From an uncultured bacterium (GTDB lineage Bacteria > Verrucomicrobiota > Verrucomicrobiia > Verrucomicrobiales > DEV007): a stretch of DNA of 41,687 bases. Below are positions 36,101-41,687 of the stretch, one piece after another; within the stretch, counting starts at the first letter, position 1, and each line of letters starts with the position of its first letter. The notes beneath the pieces are model-generated. The model did not search any database, was not told where the DNA came from, and was given only the letters and a program-made list of their open reading frames with translations. Location of the stretch: the NCBI GenBank assembly GCA_965367965.1, contig CBDULB010000043.1:1-41687 (forward strand). Reading direction: 5' to 3'. A program made the translations under genes and the position numbers.

Positions 36101-36593
36101 GGTCTGTCGCTTTCCGGGTGAGATCTTTTCTTAGGCGTGAAAGTTTTACCCCGACGTTCTTTTCGGAAATGCCGAGAATGTCGGCGATTTCGCCGTAGCT
36201 CTGCCCTTCGAGGTGCAGGACGATCAGCGATCGGTCGATTGGATCTAGCTGTCGGATCTGCTCGTAGATCCATTCGAGTTTTTCGTTGCGTGGCTCAGTG
36301 GTTGCCTTCAAAAAGCGTGCGTTCTCCGCCAGATTGCGGTGCTTCTCTCGCTGGCGTTTTTCCTTTTGCCCCCAGCTGATGGCTGTGTTCAAGGCCACCC
36401 GGTAGATCCAGGTCGACGCCTTGCAGTCGCCGCGAAAATTCGGAATCGAGTTCCAGATCTGCAGCGAAATCTCCTGAATCAGATCCTCTTGAGCGGCGAG
36501 GTTGAGCTCGTTGGCACGGGCAATGCGCAGGATGATTCCCCGATGTTCGCGGTGCCATTCCCGGAAAAGGGAACTCTGAGCGCTTTCTGCCAT
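36090..36593 (-). CDS. RNA polymerase ECF-type sigma-70 factor.
   Basis: Sigma-70 region 2 (EDLIQEISLQIWNSIPNFRGDCKASTWIYRVALNTAISW) and region 4 (LDPIDRSLIVLHLEGQSYGEIADILGISEKNVGVKLSRLRKDL). Confidence 0.85.
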   Translation of the reverse strand: MAESAQSSLFREWHREHRGIILRIARANELNLAAQEDLIQEISLQIWNSIPNFRGDCKASTWIYRVALNTAISWGQKEKRQREKHRNLAENARFLKATTEPRNEKLEWIYEQIRQLDPIDRSLIVLHLEGQSYGEIADILGISEKNVGVKLSRLRKDLTRKATDHEF

Positions 36594-36765
36594 ACCCGAT
36601 CAGTATGAAGGACCGGGGAAATCCCTACAGAAAAATTGCAGGGGTCGCTGAGTGTCTGCTTAGCCAGGCTTGTCACCCGGGGAGCTATTTGCCCGGAGGT
36701 GACCCGTCCACTGCCGGTAAGCGGGGTGCTTGCCCTGCAATGACAGGATTGTCGGCGGCTTACCT

Positions 36766-38133
36766 TTAATCCTTAAACTGCGCCACCAGATTGGTCACCG
36801 TCTCCTTGGCATCGCCGTAGAGCATGTTGGTGTTGGGGCGGAAGAACAGGGTGTTGACCAATCCTGAGAAGCCGGCGCCCTGGCCGCGCTTGAGGGCGTA
36901 GACGGTGCGCGCCTGGTGGGCGTTGATAATGGGCATGCCGTAGATCGGGCTGGTCTCGTCCTCGGCAGCGGCGGGATTGACGACGTCGTTGGCGCCGATG
37001 ACGATGCACACGTCGACGCTGGTCATGATCGGATTGACGTCATCCATCTCCGCGAGTTGCTCGTAGGGCACGTCGGCTTCAGCGAGCAGGACGTTCATGT
37101 GGCCGGGCATACGGCCGGCGACGGGGTGAATAGCAAATTTAACTTCGCAGCCATTGGCTTCGAGCACTTCGCCGAGTTCTTTGACGGCGTGCTGGGCCTG
37201 GGCGACGGCCATGCCGTAACCGGGGATGATGACCACGCTGGAAGCGGCTTCGAGTACGTAGTAGGCATCCTCGACGGAAGCGGCTTTCATTTCACCTTCG
37301 ACCTCAGCGCTGGAACCACCACCGGCGGCGGCACCGAATCCACCGAACAGAACGTTGCCGAGCGTGCGGTTCATGGCTTTGCACATGATGATGGTGAGGA
37401 TCAATCCGCTGGCGCCGACCAGGCAGCCGGCAACGATCAGCACCGTGTTGCCGATGGCGAAACCGGCAGCTGATGCGGCCAGGCCGGAGAAACTGTTGAG
37501 CAGGGCGATGACGACCGGCATGTCGCCACCACCGATGGGAATGACGGCGAGCACGCCGAGTAACACGGACAGACCGATGACGGCGTAGAGCGCCCATGCG
37601 GCACCGGTTATCGTAAAAGCGACACCGCAGCCGATCAGGCCGAGAAAGACCACTGCGTTGATGGCTTTTTGTCCGCTGAAAACGGTGGCGGATCCGCCCA
37701 TTTTACCGGCCAGTTTGAGGAAGGCGATCAGGCTGCCGGTAAAGGTCACACCGCCGATCAAAATGGTCAGCACCACGGCGATGGCGGTCGCGGCATCCAG
37801 GTTCGGACGGGCGACCACTTCGGCCCAGCCGACCAGCAGCGAGGCGAGGCCGCCGAAGCCGTTGAAAAGTGCCACCAACTCGGGCATGCCGGTCATTTGC
37901 ACACGCTTGGCGAGCACCGCACCGATGGCGCTGCCGATGATGAGTCCGGCGAGAATCCAGGGCCACTCAAGGCCGCGGGTCAGGAGCACGCCAACCACGA
38001 CGATGAGCATGCCGAAAGCGGACAGCCGGTTGCCGCGCCGTGCGGTGTCGGCCGAGCCGAGCATTTTGATCCCGAAGATGAACAGGATCGAGGCGGCGAT
38101 GTAGGCCAGCTTGATGATGGAGTCGAGTTCCAT
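36766..38133 (-). CDS. pntB: NAD(P) transhydrogenase subunit beta.
   Basis: N-terminus aligns with E. coli PntB (MELDSIIKLAYIAASILFIFGIKMLGSADTARRGNRLSAFGMLIVV vs [45 protein letters not shown]). C-terminal NADP(H)-binding domain III (HPVAGRMPGHMNVLLAEADVPY). Confidence 0.9.
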   Translation of the reverse strand: MELDSIIKLAYIAASILFIFGIKMLGSADTARRGNRLSAFGMLIVVVGVLLTRGLEWPWILAGLIIGSAIGAVLAKRVQMTGMPELVALFNGFGGLASLLVGWAEVVARPNLDAATAIAVVLTILIGGVTFTGSLIAFLKLAGKMGGSATVFSGQKAINAVVFLGLIGCGVAFTITGAAWALYAVIGLSVLLGVLAVIPIGGGDMPVVIALLNSFSGLAASAAGFAIGNTVLIVAGCLVGASGLILTIIMCKAMNRTLGNVLFGGFGAAAGGGSSAEVEGEMKAASVEDAYYVLEAASSVVIIPGYGMAVAQAQHAVKELGEVLEANGCEVKFAIHPVAGRMPGHMNVLLAEADVPYEQLAEMDDVNPIMTSVDVCIVIGANDVVNPAAAEDETSPIYGMPIINAHQARTVYALKRGQGAGFSGLVNTLFFRPNTNMLYGDAKETVTNLVAQFKD

Positions 38134-38192
38134 TGAGGGCTAAGGATTAAGGCGAAAGGAGTAAGGCTGAATGATTTAGCAACGAGCAGGCG

Positions 38193-38474
38193 TTACTTTT
38201 TCTTGCTGCGGAACATGCCGAGCATGCGGTCGGTGACCATGTAACCGCCGACGACGTTGATGGTGGCGAGCACGAGCGCGACGAAGCCGAGCACGGTGCC
38301 GAAGGTTCCCTCGATAGTGCCGGCGGCCAGAATCGCGCCGACGATGGTGATGCCTGAGATCGCGTTCGAACCGGACATCAACGGGGTGTGCAACTGTGAG
38401 GGAACTTTCTGGATCAGCACGTAACCGGTGAAGGCGGCGAGGGTGAAGATGTAGAGGTAGTCGATGAGGTCCAT
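38193..38474 (-). CDS. pntA: NAD(P) transhydrogenase subunit alpha part 2 (PntAB membrane subunit), ~93 aa.
   Basis: MDLIDYLYIFTLAAFTGYVLIQKVPSQLHTPLMSGSNAISGITIVGA matches split-alpha PntAB proteins. I took the ATG at 38474; the track ORF is extended to 38540. Confidence 0.8.
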   Translation of the reverse strand: MDLIDYLYIFTLAAFTGYVLIQKVPSQLHTPLMSGSNAISGITIVGAILAAGTIEGTFGTVLGFVALVLATINVVGGYMVTDRMLGMFRSKKK

Positions 38475-38499
38475 TTTTTTAGGAGCAAGGAGCAAGGAG

Positions 38500-39645
38500 C
38501 TAGGATGCGGTGTCTTTGAAGCGTTCGTGAACGATGGCACCGCCGTGGGTGATAGCGCAGCCTTTGAGGATTTCGTCTTCGAGATCGGTGTTGATGCCTT
38601 TGGCTTCTTCGTCCCAGAAGTGTTCGATCATGTTGGCGAAGTTCGCGGCGAGCACCTGGGTGGCGTGGCGGGGAACGCGGCCTTCGTAGAGGGTGTGGCC
38701 GATCAGAGTGACGCCGTTTGCGGTGACGATTTCTTCATCGGCGACGACGCCCTCGACGTTGCCGCCACCTTCAGCGGCGAGGTCGATGACCAGGCTGCCG
38801 GACTGCATTTGATCGACGACGTCCTTTTTGACGAGCACGGGCGGCTTGCGGCCGAAAACTTTGGCGGTGGTGATGACGACGTCGGACTGGGCGCACACTT
38901 TGCCCTGCTCCTGGCGTTGTTTTTCCAACTGCCCGGGGGTGAGCTCTTTGGCGTAGCCCTGGTCGGTGCCGCTGGTGTCGCCGCCGAGATCGATGCGCAG
39001 CGCTTTGGCACCGAGTGATTCGGCCTGTTCGAGGGCTTCGGGGCGAACGTCGAACGCGGTGACGCGGGCGCCGAGGCGTTTCGCGGTGGCGATGGCCTGC
39101 AGGCCGGCGACGCCGATACCGATGATGAAAAATTTCGCCGGGGAGATGGTGCCGGCGGGGGTCATCATCATCGGGAGAATGCCGCTCATGCGATCGGCGG
39201 CGAGAATGACCGAGGCGTAGCCGGCGAGGTTGGCCTGCGAGCTGATGGCGTCCATTTTCTGCGCCAGCGTGGTGCGTGGCACCATCTCGAGGGAGATGGC
39301 GGTAACGCCCGCGTCGGCGAAGGCTTTGATCAATTCGGGTTCGTTGAACGGATCGAGAAAGCTGATGTGGACGGCGCCTTTTTTCAGCCCGGAAATGTCG
39401 GCGGTTGAGGGCTTGCGGACGCGCAGCACGCAGTCGGCGTCACCGAGCGTGGCATTGCGCTGGCTGTCCTGGATGATGGTCGCGCCGGCGGTCTGGTAGT
39501 CGCTGTCGGAGTGGCTGCTGCGAATGCCGATACCGGTTTCAACCTGGACTTCGGCGCCGAGGCCGGCGAGTTTTTTGACGGCGGCCGGGTCGAGCGCGGC
39601 GCGCGTTTCGCGGGGATCGGTTTCCTTGAGGGCAAAGAGCTTCAT
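38500..39645 (-). CDS. pntA: NAD(P) transhydrogenase subunit alpha part 1 (PntAA; alanine dehydrogenase/PNT domain).
   Basis: NAD(H)-binding domain I with Rossmann motif IIGIGVAGLQAIATAKRLGARV. 381 aa. Confidence 0.85.
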   Translation of the reverse strand: MKLFALKETDPRETRAALDPAAVKKLAGLGAEVQVETGIGIRSSHSDSDYQTAGATIIQDSQRNATLGDADCVLRVRKPSTADISGLKKGAVHISFLDPFNEPELIKAFADAGVTAISLEMVPRTTLAQKMDAISSQANLAGYASVILAADRMSGILPMMMTPAGTISPAKFFIIGIGVAGLQAIATAKRLGARVTAFDVRPEALEQAESLGAKALRIDLGGDTSGTDQGYAKELTPGQLEKQRQEQGKVCAQSDVVITTAKVFGRKPPVLVKKDVVDQMQSGSLVIDLAAEGGGNVEGVVADEEIVTANGVTLIGHTLYEGRVPRHATQVLAANFANMIEHFWDEEAKGINTDLEDEILKGCAITHGGAIVHERFKDTAS

Positions 39646-39771
39646 GACGGGCGTTGTCGCGATCGGTCGGGTCGGGAAAGTAAGAAGTGGTGCGATGACT
39701 GCCTGCGTTAAAGCAGGCAGCGATCAGGACTCAGCAAAGGTAAAGATGCTAACGTCAGTGTCGACTACAAA

Positions 39772-40494
39772 TTATCTGGCAACGAGCAGAGCGTAGGCGG
39801 ATTGCGAAGTCGGTCGGGCTGCCAGTTCACCGCGCTCGGGAGCAAGCAGTTCGGCGGTGATGTCTATTTTGATGGGGCCTTTTTCGCCGCGCACCATCAC
39901 GGTGTAAGTCTTGCCGGGCAGGGCGCGGACGAAGAACGGTGTGGCGCGCGATCCGAACACGGGCAGGTTGTGGCGGTTCTCGGTGATGACGATGCGTTGG
40001 TCATTCGTGAAGATGGTGCCGATGCCCTCGCCAACGGCCGCATTGTCGGTTGTGCCTTCCTTCCAGCGGACGACGATGCGACCGCTGATCTCGATGAAGC
40101 CGCCGACGATTTCGGGCGTGCATTCCAGCGACAATCCGGTTGGCGCTTCAGTGAAGTCTTCCGGGGTCGCCGGGGCCACCGGAAAGAGATTGCCGTCATC
40201 GCCGGTCGATTCGGGCGTCGGTTTCGCGAGGCTGTAGCGGGTTGGGTAGACATCTTCCGTGGCGAGCTCGATGGCGGCGGTCTGGCCGCTGTGGGTGGTG
40301 ACGGAGGGGGCGGCGAGTTCTTTGGCGCCGTCGCTGAAACGGGTTTGAATTTTGACGGCGCGACCGGTGGGCAGGTCGTCGAGTTGTTCGAGCGCGACAA
40401 TATCGGCGGCGGTCAGGCGGGCGGCATTGGTTTGGCCGAGTTGGGCGCAGTTGGGGAGGAGTGCGCAGAGGGTCAGGATGGGGAGCAGGCGCAT
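39772..40494 (-). CDS. Hypothetical secreted protein or lipoprotein (240 aa).
   Basis: Signal peptide MRLLPILTLCALLPNCAQ. No family assignment possible by eye. Confidence 0.45.
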   Translation of the reverse strand: MRLLPILTLCALLPNCAQLGQTNAARLTAADIVALEQLDDLPTGRAVKIQTRFSDGAKELAAPSVTTHSGQTAAIELATEDVYPTRYSLAKPTPESTGDDGNLFPVAPATPEDFTEAPTGLSLECTPEIVGGFIEISGRIVVRWKEGTTDNAAVGEGIGTIFTNDQRIVITENRHNLPVFGSRATPFFVRALPGKTYTVMVRGEKGPIKIDITAELLAPERGELAARPTSQSAYALLVAR

Positions 40495-40556
40495 TTGTTT
40501 TAAGGATTAAGTGGTTAAGTTTTAAGTTTCCGCCATCGATCGGCTATCGGGCTCGT

Positions 40557-41153
40557 TCACTTGAGCGGTAAGAGAATTCCAAAATCAGGCGCTTCCTTTG
40601 GCACAAAGATGAGATCGTACGTTTCGACAGTCAAAAGTTTGAACTTTTCATCGGCTAGTTGGTGCTCGTCCTCCGATGCTTCTTTGTGAATATTTTTCGC
40701 GCAGACGAAGAGGCTGTAGTCGCCTTTTGCCAATGATACGTTGAATGAATCCCCAATGGTGATTTCGCTTTCTGAGGCACTGAAACGAACGCAGGCAACC
40801 GACTCGTAGGCCGCCAGGTTTGGGAATTTTTGCGACGTTAAAACCCTCACCCATCGGGCATTAAATTCGTCGGTCGTTGCCACGGCAAGTATTCGGCGTG
40901 GTTGATTGGAACCGTCGTCGGCGCCGTATTCCGGGCCTACGAATTTTACATTGGCTACCGTTTCGTAGTCGGCAATAGTCGATGTGTCTTGAATCCAGAA
41001 ACCGTAGTGTTCTGCATCGATCCTGCCCTCGGCGACCAGCCCTTCGGATGTTAATGTGGGGGATATCCAGGGCGGGGGAGGCATTGGAGACGGAGATCTG
41101 TCGCTGCAGGCGGCAAACAACAGGGCGGCTGTGATGAACAGAAAAGTTTTCAC
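40557..41153 (-). CDS. Hypothetical lipoprotein in a lower-GC patch (~198 aa).
   Basis: The GTG at 41153 gives MKTFLFITAALLFAACSD, a classic lipoprotein signal. The track start at 41189 is another GTG. Local GC is about 50%. Confidence 0.45.
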   Translation of the reverse strand: MKTFLFITAALLFAACSDRSPSPMPPPPWISPTLTSEGLVAEGRIDAEHYGFWIQDTSTIADYETVANVKFVGPEYGADDGSNQPRRILAVATTDEFNARWVRVLTSQKFPNLAAYESVACVRFSASESEITIGDSFNVSLAKGDYSLFVCAKNIHKEASEDEHQLADEKFKLLTVETYDLIFVPKEAPDFGILLPLK

Positions 41154-41216
41154 AACGGCGATGAGATGCCAGCCAACGCAACGGGCCACTCGCAGACGCT
41201 CGCAGCTACCTGGAGA

Positions 41217-41687
41217 CTACGGAGCTTTCCATTTCACCGGGACGTCCTGGGTTTGGTTGAAGCGGTTGGTGTATTTTACGAAACCGTGTTCGACGCCGTA
41301 CTCGTGGACCATCTTGGTGACTTTGACGTCGAAGGCGCAGTACTCGGCGATCTCCATGATCTTGCCTTCGCGCCACCACTTGATGGCCTGCGTGCCTTCG
41401 GCGGTTTTGCCGACTCCGAGCGAGGCGGCGGCGACGGCGTCGAGCTTGGGGCGGTGGCCGATTTCCTCTTCGAGGTCGACCATCAAATCGAGGCTGCGGC
41501 AGCTTTCCTTGAGGTCGAGGATGGTGTAGCCCATCAGCACTTCGTAATCGAAGCTGATGTGGTTGAAGCCGACGACCATGTCAGCGCGCTGCAGTTGATC
41601 GATCAGGTCGTTGACTTTGTCTTCGCCAAAGATGCGGTAGCGACCTTCGGCGGTGCTGTAGGTGACACCGACGGACATCATCATTTT
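41217..41687 (-). CDS. DEDDy-type 3'-5' exonuclease (RNase H-like fold) domain protein. Its N-terminus may lie beyond the window end.
   Basis: Exo II-like motif VVGFNHISFDYEVL and Exo III-like motif YCAFDVKVT (Y-x3-D). The reading frame stays open to the window edge. Confidence 0.45.
   Translation of the reverse strand, partial: KMMMSVGVTYSTAEGRYRIFGEDKVNDLIDQLQRADMVVGFNHISFDYEVLMGYTILDLKESCRSLDLMVDLEEEIGHRPKLDAVAAASLGVGKTAEGTQAIKWWREGKIMEIAEYCAFDVKVTKMVHEYGVEHGFVKYTNRFNQTQDVPVKWKAP

Noticed and set aside
38464-39018. + strand ORF of 184 aa preceded by three tandem AGGAG Shine-Dalgarno-like words. Also a 2-codon ATG-ATT-TAG minimal ORF at 38169 behind AAGGAG.
   Set aside because: The 184-aa ORF is antisense to pntAA. 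The ATG after (AGGAGCA)x3 hits a stop after 4 codons. I kept these as a motif observation, not as genes.

Overview
High-GC (~62-65%) bacterial chromosomal segment. Gene content (Tat-signal Gfo/Idh/MocA oxidoreductase, long-form Y1 transposase, type A RNase P RNA, weak or absent Shine-Dalgarno sequences) fits Verrucomicrobia or Planctomycetes, with low confidence. The supplied ORF track treats GTG/TTG as Met and extends several N-termini; I trimmed those to plausible starts. Most long + strand ORFs in the track are antisense shadows of minus-strand genes.

Content in order:
- A giant P-loop/AAA ATPase gene running off the window start (>1468 aa). Its ~420-nt upstream non-coding region is hairpin- and repeat-rich, and a copy of a ~47-nt repeat sits in frame inside the gene.
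- An nfeD-flotillin operon.
- An HTH regulator, a nitroreductase and a DUF456 protein.
- RNase P RNA (rnpB), RNase HI, and a divergent NRAMP-family transporter with non-canonical metal-site motifs.
- A synthase-dependent exopolysaccharide-like module: GT2 synthase, HlyD-type membrane fusion protein, two NAD-dependent epimerase/dehydratases, and a divergent TolC-like outer-membrane protein with odd low-complexity inserts. A 146-bp ~25% GC intergenic region separates the divergent genes.
- An organosulfonate-type cluster: Gfo/Idh/MocA oxidoreductase, MFS transporter, TauE/SafE exporter, SsuD-like LLM monooxygenase.
- A long-form IS200-like/REP-associated Y1 transposase, followed by an 8.3-kb heavy-metal cassette: a 3D-domain protein, a His-rich lipoprotein, czcCBA-like RND efflux and a small His-rich protein. 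The cassette is bracketed by a perfect 18-bp inverted repeat.
- An ECF sigma / membrane protein / periplasmic protein trio, then pntAA-pntAB-pntB transhydrogenase, two secreted/lipoproteins, and a partial DEDDy exonuclease.

The strongest candidates for something new are the IR-bracketed metal island next to the Y1 transposase, the repeat family carrying a covarying hairpin (one copy in frame inside the giant ATPase), and the GT2/MFP/OMF polysaccharide export module.
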